From a virus, in the IMG/VR virus record IMGVR_UViG_3300028044_000003, positions 47,531-111,530 of that record: a stretch of DNA of 64,000 nucleotides; one strand, written 5' to 3'. Below are positions 39,901 to 48,497 of the stretch, one piece after another; the first letter of the stretch is position 1, and the number at the start of each line of letters is the position of its first letter. A program made the translations under genes and the position numbers. The notes beneath the pieces were generated by a model, which saw only the letters and a program-made list of their open reading frames with translations, was not told the DNA's origin and ran no database searches.

Positions 39901-42900
39901 CAAATATATTAGTTAAGTCTTTATCACCACGTTTAATTATATTCTGATACATTTTATCAAAATCTAAATTATTTTGTGTAGCGGTGATAGCTTTATTCCA
40001 GGCTATGTTAAAAGGAATAAACTTTGGAGTACCGTAACGATTTACTTTTAATACTTTTCTGTCTTCTTTAATATCATAGTCTATCATAGTACCTAACATA
40101 AATTGAATTTCTTCAAAGGCCAATTCCTGGGTAGACTTATCGATACCTGTTCTGTCAGCGTACTCTGAAAAACCTTGTTCTCGTTTTTCAGCTTCTATAG
40201 CATCTTGTTCTTCTTGTGTTAGATTTTCTTTAACTGGTTGTTTAGCAGCTTCTTTACTTTTTTCCTCTAATAAATCTTTAGCTTTTAGAGGGATGATATT
40301 AGATTTTCTTATATGATAATTTATTAAACCACCTTTACTACTGTTAAGATTATCTAATATATTATCAAGATTTCCAAAATTATCAATAGCTAAAGACAAT
40401 TCTTGAAACTTATTTAATAATAAACTATAAGCATCAGTATTAGTACTAGTATTTTTAAGTTGTAAATTGGTTAACGATCTTAACAACTCAAGATCTGATT
40501 TAACTATCTGGTATGCTTTTTTTAATTTTTCAGGATCGTTTATATATGTTAAAAAATTTCCTTCATAATTTTGTTTACCAATAACTGGTTCAAGATTTAC
40601 TATACTATTGTATATTTTATCTTTATAAATTTTTTGTTCGTCTGTATCAGACGGTAAGTTATTATATTTATTTATAATTGCTTGAAGCTGGTCTTTAGTA
40701 AATGTTTTTGTAGCACTTGAATAATTAATTTCAGTATTATTAACTACTGCAGAAAAATAATAATCCATACTAGATAATATTTCTACACTAGAACCACCTA
40801 AAAGAATATTTTCTTGTTTTTGATTATCAGTTTGATAAGTCTTTGGTCCTTCGTAAGCTAATGAATCAAACCTTTTAAAGTTATTCCAGGAAAAAGGTTG
40901 TTCAAACAAAGGCCCTTTACCAGTATTTAGCTGTTCGTACATATTATAGAGATATGGTACCGATGATTGTCCTTTAGCTAAATCTATAGTAGTTAGATTT
41001 TTAAATAACTCAATTAGTAGATCTTTAATTTTTCTGAATATATCTTTCTTAGCAGGGGCTTTTACAAACTCACCTTTACCTGTTAACATGTATTTTCTAA
41101 AATCTTCAGCTAAATACTCTTCTAACTCCAGGTCTGAAGCTTTACTAAATTTTACAAAAGAACCAGTATGGGTTTTAAATACTCCAGGTAGTTTACGAGC
41201 TTCTGAGTAAAGCTTATCTTGTTGTTCTTTTGTTAATAGGGTTTGAGTAAATATATGCCAAGCTTCGTGATACAAATCAGTAGAGTCAGAACCCATGTAT
41301 AAAGTAACGCCGGCTCTATTAAACTCAGCTACTTTTTCCATGTTCATAATACTCCTCATATCGTTCATCTTCCAAATATCGGAAGCCATTCGTGCTGCTG
41401 GATGATTAGCAAACCATTTATTAGCTCTTTCTTCGTATTGTTTTAAATCAGAACCTAACTGATTTTCAAGAGCTTTCTGAGTATTGTTTTTATCAAGTCC
41501 TAATAGTTCACTTAATAAATCTTCATCTTCATCAGGTTTTACCTCTAGTATAGTTTTATTCTCAAAAGTTATGTAGGGATTATAGAACTTAACTTTATTA
41601 TCAATAGAAGTATAAAAAGGTAAAGTAAAATTGTTTTTTATAAAACTACGATAAGAGATTACATTATCTATTATTTGATTCTGGTCGTTTATTTCAAAAT
41701 CATTAATCATGAAATTTCGAACGCTTTCTTTAATATGCAGTTTAGCTTTTTCTATAACATAAAATTTATCATTAAACTTAAATACATCATTTACCTTTAG
41801 TTGGCTTTCAGAAACTACTTTACCTTGTAATAAAAATTTACCTTCAGAAAAACTGTAAGGTTTATTTTTATAATTTTCTATTTGTAAATCACTTAAGTCT
41901 TCTTCTTTATCGGTTTTAGGGTTACCGTGTAGACCGTTAAAGTATTTTTGTAAAGCTTCAACAAATTTTTCTTTATTTATTTTTTCAATTTTGTTACCAA
42001 TAACTTGTTCAAAAATAAAATCGTTATTATTATTTCTCTTTAATATAAAAGATTGAAAATTAACGGTTAATAATAAGTTATTATCTTTAATAGTTAATTG
42101 AAAACCAGAACTTGCTTTAATATTAATAAACGTTTCAATTATATCTTTAATTTCTGAATTAACTAAAACCTTATCCGAACTATCTGTTACTTTTTCAGTT
42201 AAAAGTTTTGTTATGTTTTGAGCATATTTAGAATCAAAAGTTAATTCTTTTCTTTCGATAGTAACCGGTATATTTAAAGTTGCTGTCTGATGCTGAATAG
42301 TTACCTCACCGTTATTATTTATTGTATAATTAAAAGGTATTTCTACATTATTAACTTTAAAATCTATATCAGATAATAGTGTATAATCATTTTTATCATC
42401 TTTTCGTATAACAGTCCCATAACTACCACCCACTATATTAAAAGATTCTTTATAACCAACTTCTTTATTTTCAAGATATTTGAATGTTTTATAAAGATCT
42501 AGTAACTGGGATTTTATTATAGAATCAACTTCTTTTGTTTGTTCGTTTTTAAACGTACCCTTGATATTATAAACTTTACTTAATTCAATAACTACTGTAC
42601 TATATACATTAGTTTTAGAATTATTAAACACTGTATCATCTATTACATCTATACCTAGTTCATCTTGTTTAACTAAATCAGATAATTTAACTTTAGAGTC
42701 AATCCCAAAAGAACTTAAATTAAAAGGATTTGTCTTTTTAGATTGGCCCGTTTTATTACTTATATCAAACGTATCTGTGTTAAAAAGAATTTCTGTATCA
42801 TCTTCAAAAGCAAATGTAGAATAGTAGTTATTTTTTTCTTTAACAATAATTACTTTTACTTTTTTATCAAACATTAACGGAGTACCGGATACATACAAGT

Positions 42901-43834
42901 TACTTACGACACTTCTAATAGCAGCTTCGTATAAATTATTTAATAGAATATTTGGCCTTTCTACATTTATATTTGTAGTTTCTCTATTAAAACTAGGATT
43001 ATCAGAAGCTTTTTTTAAAGCTATATTATCATCTGGTATATTAGAAAGTTTTGGATTAGATTCTGTTCCGGGTAACATATAAGCCATATCGGTAAATATT
43101 ACCTTACCTTGTTTAATATAATAGTAAGGTTTAAAACCCTCTTCCCACTTAGAACTGTTTGGTAATTTAACTAAATAAGGGGCCGTTATATTAACAGTAC
43201 TTGATATATTAAATATATTATGAGGAATTACTCTGTAATTAGACGCTTTATTTTCTTGACCTAATAAAATTTGAACATCGTTTGATGGATCAATAGTTCT
43301 ATCGTAAAGACTGATATCTCTTTTTAAGTCACTTAACTGAAGAACTATTGTTTGGTTTTTTATATAACTCTTACTTAGTTCTTCTAAAGCTTTTACTGAT
43401 TTATTATCTTCATTTTTTTTTATTTCTTCTTGAAGAGCTAATTCTTCATTTACTGAATTAATATTAGCAATACTAATTACATCTTGTGATTCGCTAACAT
43501 AACTAGCAACTTCTGATAATCCATCTACAGAATCAAATTTTAGTTTAAGTTGATTTATTATGTCTAGAGATAAACCAGAAGCGTCAAATCTTTTAGTAAA
43601 CTCTTCATTAGCACCATAAACATTTAGTATACCGGAAGGTATTAACTTAACATAAGCTAGGGCTAATACTGGCGCTTTACCTTTACTAAGGTAAGCGTTA
43701 TAAATAAACTTCATAAAATCTTCTAGATCATAATTATCAGAAAGTTCATTTTGTAATAGTCCGATAATATTATCTAATGTTTTTTTTTTCTCTTGGTCTG
43801 TTAATCTAATTTCCAGACTACAATTATTACTCAT
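30965..43834 (-). CDS. virion-packaged RNA polymerase (crAss/phi14:2 gp66-like) fused to a zincin peptidase and C-terminal kinase, AlkB-like, DUF4326-like and NADAR domains
   Basis: 4289 aa; catalytic GSDFDVDK at 36527-36541 preceded by RIPVQGHNSM; HEAWH...EEYLAE at 41255-41269; accessory motifs as in findings. Confidence 0.9.
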   Translation of the reverse strand: MSNNCSLEIRLTDQEKKKTLDNIIGLLQNELSDNYDLEDFMKFIYNAYLSKGKAPVLALAYVKLIPSGILNVYGANEEFTKRFDASGLSLDIINQLKLKFDSVDGLSEVASYVSESQDVISIANINSVNEELALQEEIKKNEDNKSVKALEELSKSYIKNQTIVLQLSDLKRDISLYDRTIDPSNDVQILLGQENKASNYRVIPHNIFNISSTVNITAPYLVKLPNSSKWEEGFKPYYYIKQGKVIFTDMAYMLPGTESNPKLSNIPDDNIALKKASDNPSFNRETTNINVERPNILLNNLYEAAIRSVVSNLYVSGTPLMFDKKVKVIIVKEKNNYYSTFAFEDDTEILFNTDTFDISNKTGQSKKTNPFNLSSFGIDSKVKLSDLVKQDELGIDVIDDTVFNNSKTNVYSTVVIELSKVYNIKGTFKNEQTKEVDSIIKSQLLDLYKTFKYLENKEVGYKESFNIVGGSYGTVIRKDDKNDYTLLSDIDFKVNNVEIPFNYTINNNGEVTIQHQTATLNIPVTIERKELTFDSKYAQNITKLLTEKVTDSSDKVLVNSEIKDIIETFINIKASSGFQLTIKDNNLLLTVNFQSFILKRNNNNDFIFEQVIGNKIEKINKEKFVEALQKYFNGLHGNPKTDKEEDLSDLQIENYKNKPYSFSEGKFLLQGKVVSESQLKVNDVFKFNDKFYVIEKAKLHIKESVRNFMINDFEINDQNQIIDNVISYRSFIKNNFTLPFYTSIDNKVKFYNPYITFENKTILEVKPDEDEDLLSELLGLDKNNTQKALENQLGSDLKQYEERANKWFANHPAARMASDIWKMNDMRSIMNMEKVAEFNRAGVTLYMGSDSTDLYHEAWHIFTQTLLTKEQQDKLYSEARKLPGVFKTHTGSFVKFSKASDLELEEYLAEDFRKYMLTGKGEFVKAPAKKDIFRKIKDLLIELFKNLTTIDLAKGQSSVPYLYNMYEQLNTGKGPLFEQPFSWNNFKRFDSLAYEGPKTYQTDNQKQENILLGGSSVEILSSMDYYFSAVVNNTEINYSSATKTFTKDQLQAIINKYNNLPSDTDEQKIYKDKIYNSIVNLEPVIGKQNYEGNFLTYINDPEKLKKAYQIVKSDLELLRSLTNLQLKNTSTNTDAYSLLLNKFQELSLAIDNFGNLDNILDNLNSSKGGLINYHIRKSNIIPLKAKDLLEEKSKEAAKQPVKENLTQEEQDAIEAEKREQGFSEYADRTGIDKSTQELAFEEIQFMLGTMIDYDIKEDRKVLKVNRYGTPKFIPFNIAWNKAITATQNNLDFDKMYQNIIKRGDKDLTNIFGQIAERLGGIDEIGSDVERFKLQTRFWQSFNKSYIKLLQVNLKRTELGEDVTGWEVTAGKSYGQTSKLKSLWRDNFKTKESIYSIDVKRNDQTYTTKVLNLSQIFKNFNSLDKVKENPISFLHSLGVYVSNTSLIKDSIKLGDSQIGLSQDNLKTILTKISKLKNNNLTVDEFWKESDSENIVDLSYLFENYAKLEATYGETNLSFMVLNAEGETQFEHSLNNELTIITNTINEVNTYQELITLPWMSHFDIKRNPDAKRSIVLKSLFEEITDENGLKTFGNKLKESNFQNAANVKLDLQNLSGTAIYDDEEFSKGIALASADPTTKRVSDIALAIKLGIFELPRHSDKSTSYSYSLTKVLGSNSRAYIDLDTFIKDKNTGTQTFTNILIGYLNAELDRIKILRDLDKSTNAVFDWKYAQRGSDFLMFKDILRKDTKEELLTLLENKEYLKTSELEEYLNSKDLVLLSKIQTDITNYFNKGYKADILNPLTDLITNKKLSIGFSESLLNDKKLSNLNIYERFDVISRFMFANTFINNVEAYTIFYGNVASFEHTKQEANKRIAGAGSTGNIYRTDKKALSFINNLRTTVKPNNRFSTYAQKLGVEYDELFDGTMNTAVLQDETVKSDYAAAFEEILGSKKASKYTGKEESTNAQGYITFDKYRELNYLKGTWSNDQDVLYNKILNGDTVNLEDILEFFPVMKDQYYGPLITNGLPITAFHKYSLMPLIPSVIGENSILKELHDKLTRENIGYVTFISGSKVGTLSRKDNPDKYLNEAGNTLSNNNNFEYTKNTIHLKYLKNQVDIAPKFKKKVIFASQLRKLVAESLMVNGVPADYKINEGLSLEDRISLWNSEPKEIKLQSKEYRLLQDYNRVVNDLTEAKKKELLNEIGWEIKNGKPSGKLINLVEFVKKELTRQEIADYELDFLNFSATELNNVDFSLTPQAEKIEKLITSLVVRKLITQKVKGEGLIQVSSVGWQQSGFKKPDQKDILKYGTNGLRFYHKGKDGTVSMQVKIAIQGDFEKLLYLKEVAVYDEVKDENGKPKKELNYKASLANLNKLIKNETWLNTGSNRKMITMIGVRIPVQGHNSMEFMEVAEFLPKEAGNIIIPPIEIVVKSGSDFDVDKLNVTMPNLSIKDGVVKYDTSENTVKGLENNLINVVKDILALDSNFKSLITPNDTDIAKPEATRMASKSKKYNPFRNKTIDGFLGTEEKPLIAETKIFEYGYNLHSHTSNSVGKQALGLGAVDNTFNTLFNIVGMYMNPTRTNNTVPKRLPQRLLIPHRSLIVDNEKAISLSDVTDVNGVNRIADVISQLINGWVDVAKDPWIFNIQGNKEAAPKILFLVQAGVPFTTIVNFMSQPIIVEYIDSKIAANSLLSETNTSEVKFKIGEELGLSQNDISNPYVKISSIKDRLNLDYNINLDDDGRVLEEVLQNLIDDETQNIEPEVKKLYEQLIFLHYLEVEEMSDKVRAIKLNFNPDTTRPASLYELIEKEQQINKIKKDDSIPLDKIQALEKETMLKSFFIKDYLEAFISKLFPLRNNLELNNFIASDVVKNTLNKDDKEYKVKTFKNHLLTYIFQKEILEFDYTKANSFKGVEVKFKKDTEAKKINYSEFGVIVTKTEDKYTIYIDPITVKKLYRETVQYNKPVDKISDENIKTYRDKSYKGYFTNDKQFAEFLVQRELFRVMFPIETKYKDIEDKVKRVEKYEKWLKNQALRKTYNPRAIFQTVINEDVTESNNYAQRFYNIKNRYPKLVNDYKLVEILNINEFRGYKNLTLKNVQLTKDLLQVLNYELNQLKDPTVKKVENVQINRAISEFFEEFEIVALLQSGFISGTQFTLTRLVNPQRYLDVLNPKVINKYIRSISDNQNILTDYNVLLNRFFGSRTKNYSADFLSNNTDIIIDKYITIKDEYRGKVIYLTPGSGKTTFKSKNPLSVIDADDITIEEIYKVVPEFKTTETTPQGIILDFSKKYSYKNDEVKERVRGRLKEFAKRGYTVLTGSLHHLPVVDLFFTITNEVQLLKRFKTLEELRKYQVKELEAINKVLAGKGLEKISEISATSDFISEIKVVSPDYGVVKVDTNPTKVDTQEIINLIAPQIQRQAYKENVGVNANWQFSFGRMWSRVNLKAKPLLINSFAGVEKTKQQIAALKKAGLTVDKSKYIYDYHELDQNGNPLPPISDLQPLIDKIQNALGLDMSDYDSILGNIYLDNQSIAPHRDTTEAKSAKGYPVVVYTIGNNSGLGIWDDNKGKITFQGAYKEDYQGRKPTNEIATKDGTIYTFGMDGKGRFALSHTTPLGNIKKNPYPPIKLSDGRVITNYTITLTFRRAADLEPGIPATPAKLTTQPQVILTAEEIYSDINKDNLIQSENVILPKDLEENTEYTGKNFWNDIVPEAKSMFDYKFPGKKPMLIAYRGNKKKTFLQNYKDGNTVGNPFDFADETGTRKEQGIKSTKKFIEWMITGNNFGNTNATKEYRQAIINDIKSSKIIKSPILYYEEKNYATHATALDYLINKYDWGTEVKPQEEDESESVKIISQSDIDAYNQYVEKSDGKMPKEFFTTNTRFKEFYNKSTGKREKAPQSSKWILQDNDLYNLVDKETGEVYISNVDLKTGMKMTSKILESNPLVAAGIKINIYAGTGENAELSNFAIRPFIHLGINFDSVEQAFQYYKTEFSPKNENNRAVGSVIKDTKDGKRLRELGKEFKGLDQKVWDNMSPTIMKALLKDSFQQNPDALAKLLATGNAELTHKYNGIEQDKGRFSKLLMEVRGELKSIQFTQPSVTTKVTPVNVSPISKIQSLKELLTDVSTDQSIFFDTVKPLKENIFEYRDNNAMENVYSMFPGALFLVDGVGVTEKIPNKPNVIKFDILKTNLKDVRNDKGILVANPKLKTDVDNFITQLREDIQDKSLMLSSSGYGQSLNKDDYRGGFLYLSNELLKNFGYYNPGFIIETSSQKLKDIVTSQQPVSDQDVISNFVTCFK

Positions 43835-43837
43835 TTA

Positions 43838-46800
43838 TTAACAAGGTTGTATGTTATCTAAAAAAACAGTTCTATTTGCAATTACTTTATTAGGTTGAAC
43901 GCTTACTATTCCAGGATCTTGAGCGTTAGTCTCATCTTGTTTAGTAATAGTTATTTCTTCAGGTTTTACTATATTTTGTGCTAATTCTAGTTTATTTACT
44001 TTCTCAGGAGTTCCTGTAATTTCAGCTATACCGTTTACAATCTTAACCTTTTGTATCATAACATTTACCGGATTTACTTTTATTATTTGATAAGTTATAC
44101 CGCCGGTTAAAGTTACATTCTTATTCTTTTCAATCATAGGAGCTACCTCTAATATTTTTACAGCTTGATCATATATTTCGTTAACGTAAGTTCTTTGTTC
44201 TTCGGTAGCGTTAGTATTATAATTTATATCACTAACTATAGCGTTAGCTTGTTCAAAAAGTTTTTCGTCTAACTTACTTTGAGCTTCTCTTAAAAGAGTA
44301 ACTATTTCATCAATTTGTTTTAAAACCTGTTCTTTTAATTTTGCTCTAGCTTCTGATAATGTTTGCTCCTGTTCTTTTGAAAGCAGTGCACCTTGGTTTT
44401 TATTTTGTTCAATATTTACTATTGCATTAGCAACTTGTTCTGGTTTAGTTGCTTCTGATAAACTATTAAACCCTTTTGTTAATTGCTTTTGACCAAGTTC
44501 AGTTAATTCTTCTTGTCTTCTTCTCTCTATATCAGCTTTAGTAGCTGTACCTGAAGCAGCTAGTTCTGCATCAGCTATATGTTTATCTAATTTAGCTTTT
44601 TCTGCTACAAAGAATGCATCTGCATCAGCTTTGTTGTTAAAAGTTATAACTTCAATTTTTGGTGCTTTTGTCTGAACACCATTTTCCATCTCACCATATT
44701 CTTTAATTTTACTTATAACTTCATAACCTAATCCATTGTCATCTGCTATTGTTTTATCAAAATTAATCGCAAGTCTTTCAACAACGCTGATAATTGCTAA
44801 TATATCATCATATTTATCTCCTATTTTAATTCCTTTAGGTGAATCCTTATGAATAGGAGTACCTTTAGTCATTTTTTTATATTGTTCTTTTTGTTTTTCT
44901 ATATTAGCTTTCTTATCAGAAACAGGAGCTGTAGGAGCTGGTGTAACAACAGAAGCTGGTGTTACAACTTCTTCTTCAGTTTTTGTTACAGGAGCTTGTT
45001 CTTCTACAACTTCTAAAGAAGGTTTAGATATTTTCTGATCGTCTGGTTTATTCTCATTGTATTTATCAATCAATTCTTGACCGGCCGGTGAGTAAAGAGC
45101 GAAATAATATCTTAAAACATTTGTTGGAGTAGTACCTTTTGGATCTTTACCGTATACTTCTTTTATATACTCACCTAATGGTTTATTATAAATAGATTTA
45201 TATATAGTATCTAGTTCTTTAAATAGTTGTACAAACTCTTGATTTATTTGTTCATCAATACGTTTAAGCTGTAAAGTTTTTGAAAGCTCATCAAGTTCTT
45301 TATCTGAAGCACCAATACGTAATTTTTTTAAAGCGGTTTTTTGGTTTTCATCTAAATCATCAAACTCGATTATAGAATAATTATTACGTTGTATTTTTAA
45401 TAAAACAGACGAATTAATATTCTTTAGTTTTTCTATAATCGATTTAGCTTCTTTTTCAGCAGCTTCTTTTACAGCTTGTTCGGCTTTAACTTCTTCTTCT
45501 AATATTTCAGCTATTATAGCCTGGGCTTCGTCATATCTTGGTGTACCAGGTTGAACTAAGGTTCTAGTATTACTATCGTAAATTTCTGTAGGTATTACGT
45601 TATTACGAACGTAGTTATTAATCTGATCAGCTAATAAAAAGAAGTTTTTCTCATCTAACTTAGTGAGTAATAGATTATTTACTTTTTCGATTCTCTTAAA
45701 CTCATCGTAACCTTTATCTATTTGGTTTTTATACTTTTCAGCAGTTCTTAAAGTTAAGAATCTTCTAGAATTAACGACATCATAAAACCATTCAGGAGAA
45801 TCTAAAATGTTAATTTGGTTAGCGAAATCTAAACTATCTTCTGTAAGAACATGGGTATCCATCAAATCAATAAAAGACTTTTTAATTTGATCGTTAAATA
45901 CGGGCTGACCTTTTCTCTTAGCGTTTTGATTTAAGTAATCCTTGTATAAGTTAAATAATAATCTTTCGTTCTCTTCTAAACCATCTATGTCGTCTTTACT
46001 TATTTGTTTTCTTTCAGCTATACCGTTCCAGAATTTATTTAACAAATCTAACTTAGATTCTAATTTTGAAACTTCTTTAGTGTCTGGTTTTTCAGCTAGT
46101 TTTAAAGATTGTATTTGGTTACCTAAAACAACCATTTCACTAGTTCCTAACATTTCATCGGCCAGGGTATTAAAATCAAAGTCCGAAAGATCCTTGAGTT
46201 TATTATCCGAGTTTAAATTACGTAGTATAGATTCTTTTCTTTCCAGGGATCTTTGAAAAGCGTTACGATTAAATAATAACATTTTAACCGCGAAGTCATG
46301 ATATCTAGAAAGTTTAATACTGTCTTCTATGGCTGGACCCTCACCAGAATCTCGAACATTTAAAATATCAGGTTTTATCCACTTTTTATTTATGTCTTTA
46401 TATTGTTGATCTAGATTACTAATCTGATTTAGAGAAGAATCTAATCTTTTACGTAGCGCAGATACATCGGCCATATCTACTTCAAACGCTTCTGATAACT
46501 CTTCATCTTTCATAGTCTTGAAAGAACTTACAGCATCAGTTAATAATTCTGTTCTACCATTTCTTAAAAGATTGAACGTATGTTCGAATAATAAATCGTC
46601 CTGAGCGTTTTGGAAAGCTCCTTGTCTACCTTCTAAGATAGCTCTGTCCATTGTCTCAGCAGCAGCTTTTACTCTAACAGCGTTTTCTAAATTATTCTCA
46701 GTAAACCCTAGAATATTTTTTAATAAAACGTTAGCTGAGTTCATATTCTCAACTTCTTTCTGTTCAGCTCTTTCTATTGTTTGTTTATACTGTTCAGGTT

Positions 46801-48496
46801 TTGTGTATTGAAATATCTTTTTAGGGATATAACTTGTTACTAAAGTTTGTGGACCCTGGATCAATCCGCCCATTAAGAACCCGCTAGCAAAAACTTCTAA
46901 CCCTTGTTTAGATATTTGTGAGTTTACAGCTTTGGACGCACTTTCTATAAACCCGGCGTAAGCTGGATCACTATAAACAGACGTATAATAATCTTCAATA
47001 CCTGCAGCTAACCCTTCTTGGTATAGTTCTTGAACACCTTCTCCTACATTAGCTTTTACATATCTTAAAGACCACGGTGTAACACCTTTTGTAATAACCG
47101 ATGTAGCTTTATCTCTAAAAGTCTTTACCCCTTGTTGGTAAAAATCTTTACCGAGTTTCCAATCGGCCGCTTGTTTAAATACATTTTGTGAAGTTTCACC
47201 GGCAATAGTTCCTGCGGTTTTAGCAAACGTAGGAAATAGTTTACTAAAGTTTGGTAATACTATTTTATTAGTGTAAAGTATTATAGGTAAATTATATAAA
47301 GTAGTATTGGCTTTAGCTTCGTTTATGTTGTTATAAATTTTATCAGCAGCTTCCCCCTCCGGCATAATACCGTTCTTTTCGTAGTAATCTGATATAAACT
47401 TATCACCTAGTTCTTTTTTAACCATTCCCCCTTCAAGAGCACCTTCACTATAAGCTACATATATGTTTCTCATATCTACATAAAACGAACCAACTCCTCG
47501 GCCCATTAACGCGTAGTTTTTAGTCAGATCTGTTGTTTTCTTTAAATCACTAAGACCTTTTATAAACTGAGTAGATTCTTCAAGAGGGTTTAAAAATTTA
47601 CCTACAGCTACTGTTCCATTTTTAGCCATATTATAAAAATCCCTGGCGTTATCTACTTTATTCAGATTCCTAACGAAGTTTAAAGATTGAGATGTTAGTT
47701 TTAAACCCTGAGCTATTTTACCAAGTCCGTATATATTTCTGGTTACTCCAGTTGTAGCTGCAGCAACGGCTGCACCTTGACCTCCAGGAATCAAACTTAA
47801 TCCAAAAGTTGTACCAGCAATCGCTAGGTTTTCAGCAGTTAACGCTGTTACTAAACCTACAGTGTAAGCTGAGTTTAGTACCAAGTTATTAGCAAAACCA
47901 GCTATACCACCTCTTGTAGAAGCTCCTTGATTATTAGCATCTATAAACTCTCTCGCCATTTGGTCTGAACCACCATCATAAGCAGCTCCGAATAAAATAG
48001 ATGATTTAAAAGCTGTACCGAATAAGTTTTTCCAAGCACCAAACGTTCTTCCGAAATCATCCCAGGCTGAAGAGTTTTCGTTGTAAAAAGTTTCATTATC
48101 TCTAAAAGGAGAAAATCCTAAATCTTTATAACGAGGATGGTTATAGAAACGATAGAAGTTTTCATTCATCTCGTTAGAACCCCACGCAAAAGGTTTAGCT
48201 TTTTCGTAAGGGTTAGCTGACCATTTATCGGCTTGACTTACGTAATCTGAAAATATTTCACCAAACGAGTTAGTATTATCAGAAGTTATTCCTGGATTAG
48301 GACCAGACATAACATCGCCCTGAAGATTTAACTTAACAGTTCCTGACCCAGGCTCACCTTCAATATTAGGTAATATAGGAACAGGCGCATTATCTGTAGG
48401 AATAATAGGTGCCGTTTGTTGTGGTATAATACCTTCGTTTTTTAGAACATCTAAAAAATCAGCAGAACCGTATATCGTATTTAATTTTTCAGACAT
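43838..48496 (-). CDS. large virion ejection protein with membrane-inserting segments and variable C-terminal cassettes
   Basis: 1552 aa, upstream of vRNAP; Gly/Ala hydrophobic stretches at ~47745-47915 and ~46850-46895; GEGVQELYQ motif; KKANIE/KADIERRRQEEL linkers. Confidence 0.75.
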   Translation of the reverse strand: MSEKLNTIYGSADFLDVLKNEGIIPQQTAPIIPTDNAPVPILPNIEGEPGSGTVKLNLQGDVMSGPNPGITSDNTNSFGEIFSDYVSQADKWSANPYEKAKPFAWGSNEMNENFYRFYNHPRYKDLGFSPFRDNETFYNENSSAWDDFGRTFGAWKNLFGTAFKSSILFGAAYDGGSDQMAREFIDANNQGASTRGGIAGFANNLVLNSAYTVGLVTALTAENLAIAGTTFGLSLIPGGQGAAVAAATTGVTRNIYGLGKIAQGLKLTSQSLNFVRNLNKVDNARDFYNMAKNGTVAVGKFLNPLEESTQFIKGLSDLKKTTDLTKNYALMGRGVGSFYVDMRNIYVAYSEGALEGGMVKKELGDKFISDYYEKNGIMPEGEAADKIYNNINEAKANTTLYNLPIILYTNKIVLPNFSKLFPTFAKTAGTIAGETSQNVFKQAADWKLGKDFYQQGVKTFRDKATSVITKGVTPWSLRYVKANVGEGVQELYQEGLAAGIEDYYTSVYSDPAYAGFIESASKAVNSQISKQGLEVFASGFLMGGLIQGPQTLVTSYIPKKIFQYTKPEQYKQTIERAEQKEVENMNSANVLLKNILGFTENNLENAVRVKAAAETMDRAILEGRQGAFQNAQDDLLFEHTFNLLRNGRTELLTDAVSSFKTMKDEELSEAFEVDMADVSALRKRLDSSLNQISNLDQQYKDINKKWIKPDILNVRDSGEGPAIEDSIKLSRYHDFAVKMLLFNRNAFQRSLERKESILRNLNSDNKLKDLSDFDFNTLADEMLGTSEMVVLGNQIQSLKLAEKPDTKEVSKLESKLDLLNKFWNGIAERKQISKDDIDGLEENERLLFNLYKDYLNQNAKRKGQPVFNDQIKKSFIDLMDTHVLTEDSLDFANQINILDSPEWFYDVVNSRRFLTLRTAEKYKNQIDKGYDEFKRIEKVNNLLLTKLDEKNFFLLADQINNYVRNNVIPTEIYDSNTRTLVQPGTPRYDEAQAIIAEILEEEVKAEQAVKEAAEKEAKSIIEKLKNINSSVLLKIQRNNYSIIEFDDLDENQKTALKKLRIGASDKELDELSKTLQLKRIDEQINQEFVQLFKELDTIYKSIYNKPLGEYIKEVYGKDPKGTTPTNVLRYYFALYSPAGQELIDKYNENKPDDQKISKPSLEVVEEQAPVTKTEEEVVTPASVVTPAPTAPVSDKKANIEKQKEQYKKMTKGTPIHKDSPKGIKIGDKYDDILAIISVVERLAINFDKTIADDNGLGYEVISKIKEYGEMENGVQTKAPKIEVITFNNKADADAFFVAEKAKLDKHIADAELAASGTATKADIERRRQEELTELGQKQLTKGFNSLSEATKPEQVANAIVNIEQNKNQGALLSKEQEQTLSEARAKLKEQVLKQIDEIVTLLREAQSKLDEKLFEQANAIVSDINYNTNATEEQRTYVNEIYDQAVKILEVAPMIEKNKNVTLTGGITYQIIKVNPVNVMIQKVKIVNGIAEITGTPEKVNKLELAQNIVKPEEITITKQDETNAQDPGIVSVQPNKVIANRTVFLDNIQPC

Positions 48497-48497
48497 C

